Below are positions 24,736-37,311 of a stretch of DNA of 64,000 nt, one piece after another. Location of the stretch: NCBI GenBank assembly GCA_010015805.1, contig ML978121.1:2976001-3040000 (forward strand), written 5' to 3'. Position 1 is the stretch's first letter. Each line of letters begins with the position of its first letter. This DNA is from Rhizodiscina lignyota. Lineage: Eukaryota. Below the pieces are notes generated by a model. That model worked only from the letters and a program-made list of their open reading frames with translations, made no database searches and had not been told where the DNA came from. A program made the position numbers and the translations under genes.

Positions 24736-27281
24736 TCAAGCGCCCCTTCGTGCATTTGTGCTCATTAACGTGATTTTCTTAGGCTTCTTCTTCTTACCTC
24801 CACCCGAGCCTGAGCCACCGGCAGTCCCACTCTTGGAGCTTTCTGCCAGCGACAGATTCTGTGCCTGAACCACCATGTCCTCTTCCTGTAGGAGATCCCT
24901 CTCCCAGCCTTGCAGCCATCCGTCATCTACCTCTTCATGTTGATGTGGTACCGGCTGCAGTGGCGGAGATACTGGAGCAATGGCTGGAGTGCCCCAAACT
25001 GTCCGCGAAGCTGAGGGGCTGGTCGATGGTGAAGCTAATGATGCAAACGCAGAGCCGTTCCCCCGATGCGTTGGCCAAGGTGGTGAAGCGGATATATGTT
25101 CAAGGCTAGAAGCTTCTAGCTCCGCGGTTTCGGGTGCAATTGCCATTGGCTTCATCTCTTCCGGGTCGATGGCTCGCTTCCTACGCGCATAGTCATACCT
25201 CCTTTCCTCTTCTCGCTCGGCTATCGCACGCGCCTTCTCATCGCGTGCCTCTTTATCCTGGTTGCGCTTCCTTCGGCGCTCGATCTCAGGGTTGAACCGC
25301 TCCAAAATCTCTGGTGCAACGGTATCCGTCCAATCACATTCGAGAAAGCTGACTTCACAGCCATACGGCAGGTGTGAGAGATACTTTACTCGGCGTCTGA
25401 GCTCGTCATCCACAATATGACCTGTGGATACGCGCTCTACGCGCGGAAGTATCGTCGACGGAAACGATGAGAAGTTGCCGAAGGCTTCTCTAAGGATTCG
25501 GATATCCAAGGGAGATAAGTAGTAGTGTAGAAGCGCCTGGTAGAAATAATACTCAGATGGAGGCTGGTGGCCATGCATTTGCCGATTGCGGAACTGTGAA
25601 ATGGAAGAGCTTAATGCGCTATTTGAAGGCCGACGAGACGGGTTCCCAGATGCATCAGATGTGGCTTCCGATATGGCTGTAGTTGATGACTCGGTAGCCG
25701 TGGCTGCTGACAACTGGCTTTTTGAGCTGCCGGAATAATCGGATAAGCTCTGTCCGGATTTTGCAGCATTCTGAATGCTGTACATGTCGGGCACGTCCAG
25801 GTTTGTGTCGTGGAACTGAATTGGCGGCTTCTTCGGCTTCGGTTCTACGGGCTTGCTGGGAGCAGTTGGCGGATTACCGATGCCTGTGGTCTTCTCCTTC
25901 GATTCATTGATGGCTCGGATCGCCTTCCGACTCCATTCTGCCGTGTCGTCGCCGTACATGAGGTCATCCTCCTTCTCTTGACGTTCAATCTCTTGAATGT
26001 CATTGTCGAACTGTTCATTCATGTAGTCCTCACTACCCTTCATAATCCTAGCATAGTCCATGACCTCTGCGGCCATGTACCAGGGCGTATCATCGCCTTT
26101 CGGCAAGCTTTCTGCGCCGTCTCTAGGCAACGCAAGCGTGCTCCCGTTGAGCCGCGTAACAAGCCGAAGGACAACATCGCCACCTTCGCGTGGAGGGTCA
26201 CCCTCCTGCCCAGCGAATAGTCGAGCCGGTCTCGTTTCAGAGATGTATATGCTATCCCAACAGATTGGACACTTCTTCCACCTGGGTCTTTTTTCATGTG
26301 GCTGGGCCTCTCCATCGTCTGAATGCATGTAGCGTATCAAACAAGTCAAGCAAAAGATATGACCACATTTCGCCATTCTCGGTGCCACAGGAGTATCGAG
26401 GCAGACAGGACAAGATGCCGATTGGGATTTAGAAGAAACTAGGATCTGGAGAACAGAGCTCCAGTCGAGGTGCACATCTGCGTCGATGCTCTGATGATGA
26501 TAGTTGCCGCGAGGGTCCACGATGAATCTATAATTTGCGTGTACGTATCTACAGGTAGAGGTCAGCCAGGTTATCGATTGTATAGCTAACGCAAAACCAG
26601 CTTCACACTTGAGGGCAAGGAGACATCAGGACGCTTCCCGCACCATCCAAAGTGATAGGTGTCAACCGATTCGAAGTTAAGCTGACTCTGCTCCAATCAT
26701 GGCAGCGAACATTGATAGTTGAGGAAGGCTGTATGTATGAGAGAGCCAAGCAGCTTGTCGCCCTCAAGGTGAAGCCAGTTGTGAGATATGGTATTGCTGA
26801 CCTTGCTTTATCAACCGCATGGTATCCGGAACCCATACCCCACGTCGGATTACGACGCTGATACCGGCCATGTCCATAATTCTGATGAGATTGTGGCCGT
26901 GGTGGCAAGGAGAAGTTCATTAAATGAGTGATAGAAGTCTGACCCTTTCGGCTGCTGGTCGAGCGAACGGCCGCCTGTATAGAGGGGTCAGAAACGGAGA
27001 GGATGATGATTATTGTCTTATAAACTCACGGATTCCGCCATTGCATCCTCATCCGCGAACCTATTGTACTTCTTGGAGCCCTTGTTCTGCTTCTTCGCCG
27101 CCTGATTGTTCCTCGGCGTTGGTGTTCTGGTTGAAGCCCCCGCGCCGAAAGTAGAAGACCCGCCACTACGCCGTTGCGCGGAGCTCTCGCCGGATGTGAC
27201 AGAGCCGCCCTGCGACTGTGCTGGAGATTGTGGGAGTGGAGCTGTGGTCTTTGAAGAGACAATTGGCTGGTTTGTGGCCAT
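24736..27281 (-). CDS. MAG2: RING-finger E3 ubiquitin ligase, Mag2/RNF10 family; 2 introns
   Basis: ITHLMNF, YVHANYRF, C3HC4 RING CPVCL...CGHIFCLTCL...CPICW, YYFYQ, LSPLDIRIL, RRRVKYLSHLP, C-terminal KKKKPKKITLMS. Confidence 0.88.
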
Positions 27282-28142
27282 GGTCACTTCAAAGGTCGGC
27301 TGGCGAGGAGGGGATGACGTGAAGCGCGAACCGGTCTCGAGGTGTCGTTGAACGGGCCAGAAGACTCAACTTCACGGATCGTAGGTGGAGTGAGAAACAA
27401 GAACACTGGCAACAGTCCGGAGACTGTGAAAGGAAGGCGTAGAAGAGTTGCGCCCCCCGAGGGTGGACTTTGGGGTGAGGGACAGAGTCATCGAGCATCA
27501 CGGGCTGAACATCCATGTGAATCGCCTCATCACCACGTGACTCGAAGGCGCAAACAACGGTAATAAAACGGAGTAGGACTGATCTCGCTGCAGAAGCTCA
27601 ATGCAGTGTTAGTTCGAGTGTTGTGCATTGAGATATCGTAGCGGAGCAGAGCGATGCTCTCGGCATGTGGCCACGCTCCCCCGCGTGTCTCTTCTCCACA
27701 TCCGACGTGAAGTGATGCCAAGAAATGTTGGAGGCTTTTCGAAAAGTATCGTGCATCACCAACCCCCTACCAACACCTCTCTCTCCTCCAACCACGCAGG
27801 CCCTGCTGCACCGCGCGAGCAATGCTCTCGCACAGTGGCGAGTCCCTTCACGTTTTTCTCCTCTTTCGCGGCCCTAACACTCATGGCCTCAGCCCCAGGA
27901 CGCCGTTAAAATTTCCGAGGCGGCGGCAACCTTAACCTTTCCAAACCGGTCAGCGCTGCACGACATCTCCACCTCAACCCTCACGCGCACTGCCCGTGTC
28001 ACACCTTCTACCCAGCTTCAGGCATTGATAGCAGGAGCTCTCGGCGTCCTGCTTCTCTTGTTGTTGCCTCATCGCCGGTTGCGAGGTCTTTGTCGACCTC
28101 TGCTGCCGACGTTGACGGCAGCATCAACACCAGCCTTTCGGC

Positions 28143-31094
28143 ATGATGCCAGGCCCGCATATCCCACCTGCCATCCCCATACACCCCTCGAGGCGGCAGG
28201 GTGAGTATGCTTATCACCTTCCGCAGCAGACGCACTCGCCAGTCCACAATCCCTACGCACACTACCCTCCGCCGCCGTACCATGGACAACCTCACGCGCC
28301 TCATTACCCTCCCCAGTGGTATCAGCCATATCCACAACATTATCCTCCACACCCTCCGCCACCACGTCCATACATACCGCATCAGCCACAGCTCCCGCCT
28401 CAAGGACCTATCATTGTCTCATCGACTCCTCATGCTCAACCAATACCCCAAATGGCGAGGCTGCGAGATAAGAGCCCGCCCCCATATCCACCATCAAACA
28501 TACCACAAGAGTTGCGTCCACCACAAAATGTGGAACAGCAGCAAGCTGCTCGGGTAGAATCTCCTGTAACTCCTGCTACGCCAGCAACAGCGCCATCGAT
28601 CACTGCGCCTCCACAGACAGCATCGTCAAGGCCTTCTGTGTCATCGGTGACTGCGCCAGTTCAACTACCTCCTCCTACTCGCCGAATACCATTCTACCCT
28701 GATGTAAGTGGAGCACAACTGTGTTTGCATTGCAGAAATACTAATTCTCTTTTTAGCTGCCGTGGTACTCTAATCCTGATGAACCTTTTCCGCCCCCTTC
28801 GCGCGTCCGACGGCGCAGGAGAGGCACGCAACGATCGAGTGTGCCGCTTGAACTCCCTGATATGGCATTGCTGGGACCAGAGACAAATGATGGAGGGGCA
28901 GGAGAACAAGTAGCAGAGACGGTTACTGTTGTGTCCGCAGAGGTTCCTGTGGCCGATGAACAAGGGGAAGCCCAGTCCGCAGTGGCTGCACCTTCCGACC
29001 AGGAGACCCCTATTACTTCTGAAGCGCCTTCAGAGGCTGATTCGACGCATCCAACCACACCGTCGTCTGCAGTTCCTCAGCAAACCACTCCTCGACAAGC
29101 AAGCCAGCATACACGTACGGCCACGAAACCCGCAGTTCCACTGATCCCTATCAAGCCAATCGTGCCAAACATTCCATCAGTTCAGAGGAAGAGCAGTGCT
29201 CCTTCTGCACCATCTGTTGCGGAAAAAGACGTTGCTCTAGCCATACAATCCCCGCCATCTGACGCGGCTCAAAGCGCAGATACGACGAAGCCTTCTCCTA
29301 CCGCCGAAACAGCACCAGCCTCTCCGCCAAAGGTGCCTCCAAAGTCGTGGGCAGAACTCCTCAGGTCGAACAAACCCGTTGCTCCCCCCACCGCCGTCGC
29401 AACCGCGAGTGCCTCTAATGGACTTGTCCCTGGAAAAGCTGCCACACTCGCAGATGCCATTCGCGCGTATAACGTGAACTCTGGCAGTAAACTTTCTTTC
29501 ATTGAACCCAGAGGACTCGTAAATACTGGGAATATGTGCTATATGAATTCCGTATGTCTTCCAACACCATCCTACTTCTGAACTGACATATCTGCAGATT
29601 CTTCAAATTCTTGTATTCTGTGTACCATTTTACGATTTTCTCGATCAGATTGGAAAGCGAGCGGCGCATAGCTTTAAAAGTGATACACCCTTGCTTGATG
29701 CTATGTAAGTCTCTCTACTCTCTTAGCGTGCGTTGTGCTCACAGTCCTTAGGATCATGTTTATGCGCGAGTTTCCCGTTATCGACTCAGCCGTGTCCGTG
29801 GAACAGCTCCGGATGCGTCTCAAGGACAATGAGCTTGAGCAATATGGCGAAGCATTCATTCCAGAGTACGTTTACGACGTAATAAAGCGTTTGCCGCGAT
29901 TTTCTTCTATGAGGGTGAGCACGCATCTCTGGTTCGATTCATTGCAATTGCTGACCGACAATGTAGCGAGGACACCAGCAAGACGCTGAAGAGTTCCTTG
30001 GGTTCTTACTTGAAGGTCTTCATGATGAGTGCACTCACGTTCTAAGGGCACTACCATCGATTGCCCCAGAAGTTAATGAGGCGACTTCGCCCACCTCTGA
30101 GCGCTCTGTGGCTGGATCTGCAGATGGAGGATGGATGGAAGTTGGGCCAAAGCAGAAAGCTTCCATTACACGATCGTCCGGCCACGTTGTCTCCGACTCC
30201 CCGATCACCAAAATCTTCGGCGGTAATTTGCGCTCAGAACTACGTGTCCCAGGCCTCAAGAACTCTGTCACACTGGAGCCGTATCAGCCGCTACAACTGG
30301 ACATTGGTGCACCTAATGTTCACAATATTACAGATGCCTTGAAGGGCCTCACGAGATCCGAAACACTGCAAGGTGATTTCAACTCTCCTCGCGGACCAGG
30401 CACATCCGCAACGAAACAAGTGTTCATCGAGACGCTTCCGCCCGTTTTGATTTTACACCTCAAGCGCTTCCAATACGACAATGCCGGCGGTACTCAGAAA
30501 ATCTGGAAACGCGTCGGCTATCCTCTTGAACTTGAACTCCCTAAAGAGGTCTTCCCTCCAAACAAGAGGAACAACCTTTCCATGAGAGGAGGTCTGCCAC
30601 GCTATCGCCTAACCGGTGTAGTTTACCATCATGGTAAGAATGCAGGAGGTGGCCACTACACCGTCGACGTACGACGGCAGGAGGGTCGGGAATGGATTCG
30701 CCTCGACGACACGGTGATCCGACGCGTACGCAGCGACGAAGTAGCCGAGGGTGGTGCTGAAGAAGATCCAAAGGTCCTTGCCGCGGCCCTCGAGAATCAC
30801 AAACAGGATATCCAGAGCGGAAACATCTTTGACCGCTTCGACGAGGAGGATGGGGAGAAGGAGGAGGACGGCCAAGGCTGGAGCCAGGTCAATGGAACAC
30901 AGATGACTCCGACTGGCACAGCTGGAAAGAAGTGGAGCGGCGTCGTCAACGGCACGAATACGGGAACCGCCACACCGAGCACGAAGGGGGAGAGGACTCC
31001 AAAGGGGAAGGAATTCAAGGCGGACAGGGTCGCGTACATCCTGATCTACTCTCAGATCAAGGCCCAGCCCACTTCTGCTCCTCTCTCATCTTGA
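28143..31094 (+). CDS. UBP3: Ubiquitin C-terminal hydrolase, Ubp3/USP10 family; about 4 introns
   Basis: Pro/Gln-rich N-terminus, PKSWAELL motif, Cys box PRGLVNTGNMCYMNS, QQDAEEFL, SPITKIFGG, LHLKRF, His box VVYHHGKNAGGGHYT. Confidence 0.9.
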
Positions 31095-31920
31095 TTCGAA
31101 GCTCCGTTATCGACTGGAGCGTCTTTCATTCTCTCTGGAAAAAGCTACCTATGGCATGCATGAGCGTGGATTTTTGACCTTTTTCGTGCTTCTCCCAAAG
31201 CCATTTCTGCATGGGCCTGAATAGAGCATGAGATGCTCACGAAGCTCGATGCAAGATAGTGTCTTTGTGTAAATATCTTGCGCTCTGTGGAGGAGGAGAG
31301 GGGAGACTCGTGGGAGGGTTGAGAGACACGTGAAGAGCTCATTGCTAGAGCTGGCAGAGCCAAGTTTAAAGACAGTAAAAATACTCATTCAATAATACCT
31401 TCTCACTGCTAGCGCATATGCCGTGAACCATGAATTGTTCCAGAATTTGAGTATATATGAAGTCTCGCATGCCACCTTACCAATTCGCACTCCCGATTCC
31501 AGTTCTCCCCAGAGATCGACGCCGTCATTCCAAATGGCTGAGACGCGCCAAGCCTCTTTTGGTGCGGAGCGGAACTTGGCGAGCGGAGCACGAGTGACCA
31601 ATCTTGAGCTCACTATTGGAAAGGCCTTGCTTGAGTGCTGCAGGTCGAGAAAATTGTAATTGTGCCCTCTTGCGTCAAGGGCGGTTTTGAGAATGGCGCG
31701 GCAGGTACGCGTATGCAAACAAGGTGGGGAAGATTGGTTTCTTGCGTTTTAGAAACGCGTCGTCATGGTCTCGGGTTTTTGGCATCTTCTGTGATACAGC
31801 TATGTAAGGGCTGTTGGGAGATTTACGTCTTTATTCGAGTCTCTTTGTGATCAATTGAGTGGTTTTCCTCAAGCCCTCGAATACTCGTCGAGAAGAGTTT
31901 TGGAAATCTAATCAACAGTC

Positions 31921-32855
31921 ATGCTGGCGTCTTGGGTCGTCGGTGGAGTACTGGCACTCGCACACTTCGTGAAAGCGCAGACTCCACCAGGCGTCTCTCC
32001 TGTCATATCGCAGAATTTGATGGTGACGTTCGATGGGACAAACGTAGTGAGTCCTCCAGGAGAGAGGATTCCACGCCAAGGCAAGCACAGCAATGAGACG
32101 CGACTGTATTGCGCTCGCAACTGATGCCAGTGGCACATCCAGATACTGCGATGCCTCCAATGTTCTTCCTCCCGACGAACGTGACCGGCTCGACACAGAC
32201 GGGGCTCCTGATGATGATAGACCTCGACGTGCCTCGCAACAACACACGCGTAGTGCTACTACACTGGCTCGCGCCCAACGTCGCGCTCACACAAGGCGCA
32301 AACGGCACGACAGTCGCTCCGCCCGCGAACGGCGGAGGCGCGGCGCCATACCGCCAGCCGTCGCCGCCGCCAGGAGACCAGCCGCACCGCTACGTCTTCA
32401 TGCTGTTCGCGCAGCCGGCGTCGTTCGCGATCCCTTCGAACTTCACGGAGGTGCTGCAGACACGGGTGCCGTTCGACTACATGGGCTTCATCAACCAGAC
32501 GGGCTTGACGACGCCATTAGCCGCGAACTCCATGACCGTGCAGAACACGAGCGTGCCTGCGACGACGACGTTCCCTGGGCCTAGCCCGTCCGCTGGCGGG
32601 AACGTGACCGGAGGAGCGACGCCAAGCGGTGGCTCCGGGGTATCGCCAGGCGGAAGCAGTGGAGCATCTGGTAGCACTGGTGCGGCGGGCAGCGCTACGT
32701 CGACATTGTCTGGGGGCGCGTCAACGAGCAGCGACGCTGCTGCATCTCAGTTCACTGGTGCGGCATCGAGGCAAGAAGCGTCGTCGTTACTTTTCGGGAA
32801 GATTGCCGGCGCCGAGCTTGGCATACTGGGGCTATTCAGCTATCTAGTGCTTTAA
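31921..32855 (+). CDS. PEBP-family protein, probably secreted and GPI-anchored; GC-AG intron 32081-32142
   Basis: Signal peptide; MIDLDVP, LHWL, PYRQPSPPPGDQPHRYVFMLFAQP; Ser/Gly-rich stalk and hydrophobic C-terminus. Confidence 0.85.
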
Positions 32856-34733
32856 AATGATGACGGACTTGGAGAAAGTAAGTAGGATCATCTCGTTCAA
32901 GGGAGACACGCGGTGATGCAGGGTTACATGCAGATTCCGCAGCTGGGGTGCAGCGAGGGGTTTGGCCTTGGCTTCTGGAGGGGTCTGTGTTGGTAGGATG
33001 GCTGCTAGATTAGGCTGTAATGGCTAGCTTGCTTGCTCGTTTAAGAAGAGCTGTCGGATGTCTTTCTATGCTTCAGATAAAGGAGATGCTGGAGGTGATC
33101 GGATCTTGCACGGCGGGAGAAATCATAAGCTTATCTCCAGAGAATGCGAGAAAGTAGTCAAAATAGCAATTGACCAGGTCGACGTGAGAAAGTAAGATGG
33201 CAAAGACTTTTGCAAATAGGGGCATGCTCATGCTGAGAGAGCAGGTGGAGAAAGGCGGATGAAATAATGCCTCATTGCGTGAGCTTGGCATGAGGATAAG
33301 GGAAAAGCCACGTGCCGTCCCGCATCCAGAGTCCAGAGCAGAGATCAAAGGCGATCCTCCTCGCTGAAAGTTGCCCTATCCACTCTGGCTCGGCCGCGCC
33401 TCTGATCCTCCCCATCGGCCACATCTGTCGGAAGCTGCTCGAGGGGCGTGCGGAGCGCCGGAGATGCTCGAGGGGCCCAGATGAGCGAGCCTCATCAAAC
33501 AGCCTTTTGCAAGGGCACCACGTTTTCTGTTCAGGAGCTCGCGCAATTTGCAGCGGGCGAATTGCCTCAGGCAGTCGGATGCCCGTGCAATGCCCGCCAG
33601 GCCTTGGCGCGCTCGCATCCAGCACGCGATGACAGCGTGAATGCGACGCACGCTGCTGCAAAGAGAGGCTCCGTCGCAAAGTCAATTGGCCTCTTGGCAT
33701 GATGCGAGCAGGGAGCGCTCGGCGTGCCTGTATGGCCTTTTCTCGGTGCATGTTTGATCCGTAGTAATACGGCCAGCTGCGGTTGTAAATTTACTGCGTG
33801 CTAGACAGCGGGCCCGAGCGCAGCAAGTCACTCGCTATATCTCACACCACCTGAGATTGCATCTTTGTTTTCATCAACGCCCTGCCCATTCGTGGAATGC
33901 CTTCTTCAAACAAGCTTTCAGGGTAGCTCTGAACGCAGCGTCGCCAAGGGACGTTGCCGCTAACTTCTAAGCTGCAGCATCTAACCTCCTCCCTGCTCTT
34001 CCTTCGCATCCGTTCTCCACGTGGCGGCGACATTCCGTCGCGTGCCAGTCGACTCCGGCTTAGCCGTCTCGGCATTCATTCGTCAACAGCGTCGTGATTC
34101 GAGCCCACCTTCCACCCTCAGTAAGCCTGCACACCTCAAGGCGGGGTTGGTCTGTCTCAAGCGCGAGTCGCGAGACTGCCGGCATCGCAGAGGAACGCGC
34201 GCTGGGACTGGCGAGGAATCTGACACGAAACCGCTGCCCTATCACCCATTCTAATTTGCTTTCGGTAAGGTCATGCTGGTCAAAGAACACTCTCCCGCTC
34301 TTCTACGCTCGACCCTTCTGTGGGCCCTCGGGCCCAGCGCGCTGGTCAAACCACCTACTTTTTGTCATCGACCAGCCTTGAGCGGCGTTGGCTTCAGAAA
34401 CAGCGCTGTGCGCTGAGTGGTGCTCGGGCCCTCCCATGTTGCAGATGAAATACGTCTTGCGCCAGTGTGGAGGCCACTGCGCGTCTTTATTCTTAAATCT
34501 ACTCTTGCGTGGCTTTTGCACCGATCTTATTTCATCTCGTTCTCTGCACCTTTAATCCAGCCGCGCACGTCACTCACCCGCCGCTCCAGGACTCTCCCAA
34601 GGCCACCTCTGGTCGCTCCTCTTGAGGCCAAGATGAGCTTGTCCTACAAGGAGGATTCCATCTTCAGTGCGACTAGCCGGTGACGCTCCCGGAATCGCCA
34701 ATTATCTAACGGGTACTACTAGGTCACGCCGCC

Positions 34734-36114
34734 ATGTCCTCATCCTCTGACATTGGAACACTCTCACCTCTCCCGCCCGGCCTACATCGCGGACTAACTG
34801 CCGTCACCGTCCTTGGCTACCTTTCATTCCTCAGCTCGACGGCTCTCTTTCTCTTCATAGGCTTCCGCCTGTTCCAATGGAGACGTGGCTCCGGAAAGGC
34901 CCAGCCTCTCAACCAATTCGTCCTCCTCATCTTCAACCTCCTCCTGGCCGACCTGCAACAGTCCGTTGCCTTCCTGCTCAACACGCAATGGCTTATCGAC
35001 GATTCTATCACTGTCGGAACGGCGACATGTTGGGCCCAGGGCTGGTTCGTCTCCACCGGTGATTTGGCGAGCGGCGTATGGTGCTCTGCTATCGGCCTTC
35101 ACACCTTTGCTTCTGTATTGTTCAATTATCGCATGCGGCCTGCGATGTTTTACTGCACCATCATCTCCTTATGGGTGTTCATCTACGGCTGCGCCGTAAT
35201 AGGCGTGGGCATGCACCCCACGGACTTTTATGTCCGAGCTGGTGCTTGGGTATGTTGTGACTGATCCTGAACATAGCATTATGCCTGGACTGACTATGTA
35301 CTAGTGCTGGATAGACGGAAAATTCTCTGGTGCCCGTCTCTGGCTACATTACTTCTGGATTTTTGTCGCCGAATTTGGGACCATTGTTGTTTATGTCTCT
35401 CTCTACATTGGCCTTATCAGCCGTCTCCGCTCCAACTACTACACCCCTCTCGCAGCAAAGCACGCAAAACAGGCGGCTCGCCTGATGGCACTCTATCCAG
35501 CAGTGTACATCATGTGCACCTTGCCACTTGCCAGTGCACGTATGATGTCCATCGCTGGCTCACCACCAAGCTATGAGCGCCTTTGCGTTGCGGGCGCCAT
35601 GATTACCAGCAACGGCTGGCTGGACGTTCTGGTCTACACTTTAACCCGTCGCATCTCGTTATTCAGCAACGAACCTCCGCCGGATGCTCTCGGAGTGGAG
35701 ACGTTCACTGTACCCTTCTTCGGTGGCTCACAGACTGGACGCTTTGGAACCGTCACCACAATCGAAGGGCCACCACGGCAGCCACCACCGCCTCGGAAAC
35801 GGAGCATCTTCCACCATCACAGCCTCTCGAGCGGAGACCAGTCAAACTCGGACAGCAGACAGAGCATGCAGGGCAGCACAGACGAGCTGTGCTGGAAGAA
35901 CGGCATCGTCCAGCCGAAGAGGGTCGTGCACAAGGAGACGACAATCCAAGTGCGCAACGAGCCGCTTGAACTCGTTGACATCGAGGCGATGAATCACATG
36001 AGAAGGCTGGAGGAGCGCGCCATGCACGTACGGACGCCGAGCAAAGGTTCGAAAGAGCGCGTCAGCTATGAGTTTGAGACGAAGCCTGATGGATTCGATG
36101 ATCCCACGCCCTGA
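34734..36114 (+). CDS. 7-TM G-protein-coupled receptor-like protein (Git3/Gpr1-like); 1 intron (35250-35304)
   Basis: LIFNLLLADLQQS, CWAQGWFVSTGDLASG, YVRAGAW-CWI, YPAVYIMCTLPLA, SNGWLDVLVY; seven hydrophobic segments. Confidence 0.8.
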
Positions 36115-36436
36115 GAGATGAGATCCTTGAAGATCTCAGTGATGATGATTGCATGATGAATGGAACGGCAGCACTCGCTCCGCTGGGAGCCTGCAGAAGC
36201 GTCGATGAGGTTTCCGATGCTTTGATGCCGATGTTTCAATGGGGACACTGAGTTTCATGTTTTGATGGAACTCCACATTCCAGCGTAAATGATGCTGGGA
36301 AATGGGCCGTGCGACACGTTCGCCTAATGTACATAGGGGATTGTACATAACGATATACCCTGGGAGGATGCATCGCTGATGCAACTGGAATGAAGCAATC
36401 ATTGCTGACAAACGTCAAAGAGTTTCCGATGCTACA

Positions 36437-37117
36437 TCACTGTGAATCGACATTCTCGTTTCGTAGCCTTTTGATCGACTTTCGCAGCCGTGAGATCTCC
36501 GGCTCAAGAGCCCTCATCTGTTTCGTGATTGACGCGAGCTTCGGTACCGGGCCTTCAACGGCTGCACGAAAGTTTGCTTGTGCAGTGCGTAGCGCTGGGG
36601 GGACGAGGATGCCGAACCAGCGGAGTGGATCAACTGGAACCTCTTTGCTGTTCTCTGAAGCCTTTTCGTCTTGAAGATCGTTCGGCGACGCAGGCTCCGT
36701 ACTGTCTAAACGTGATTCGAACTTCGGGCTCTCGGCCGTGCCCGAAATGGATCTTCATGTGGTCAGAATATTTTCTCTCAGATATGAGATTTGGGCAGTT
36801 TATCTCACATCCTTCGAGTTGCTTGCATACGCTCGTCGTAGTAATCTTGGCCATATCGTGTACCCGTGCTGTTGTTGAAATTGGCCCGAGCGAGAGAAAA
36901 GAACCCCTGATGCTTATTAGAAAAATATGGATTAAAATGTTATTTTCTGATATCTTACAGATGAGAGATGTCTCGATATTTCTTGTCTGGCTGTCTGATA
37001 TTCGTGGATGAGGTTGAGATATCTTTCAAGAAGACTGTCCAGCTTGTCCAATTGAGGTTGAAGCTCAGACCGGGAGGATGATTGCTCGACAATATCAGGA
37101 CCAAGTACGTCTGTCAT
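36437..37117 (-). CDS. VMA22: V-ATPase assembly factor Vma22/CCDC115; 2 introns
   Basis: Spliced product LDSLLERYLNLIHEYQ...GFFSLARAN...RYGQDYYDERMQA...DPLRWFGILVPPALRTAQ. The last exon is not in the ORF track. Confidence 0.8.
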
Positions 37118-37311
37118 ATTGGCGGCTGAATGCTTGCAGTTGAATTTTGACTAGTGCACTACCGAGAAGGTGATATTGGATTGTAAAGGGGAAGGTTGAC
37201 ATCTCCCCCTGGCCATAAGGTCTTCCTCCTCGGAACATGCCGAAGTGGTGATCGTGAAGCTCACTTCCACAGACGACGATAGACAAGACTTTCAAGCCAA
37301 CCCCGGGCACC

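Noticed and set aside
26636..26665. rRNA-like sequence (CCTATCACTTTGGATGGT on the minus strand) inside the MAG2 intron as a snoRNA guide
   Set aside because: The resemblance to 18S is short, imperfect and in the sense orientation rather than antisense, and box C is non-canonical, so no ncRNA was called.
33073..34600. Many GC-rich ORFs upstream of the GPCR
   Set aside because: Arg/Ser/Pro-rich random-frame composition on both strands; more likely a long promoter/5'UTR.
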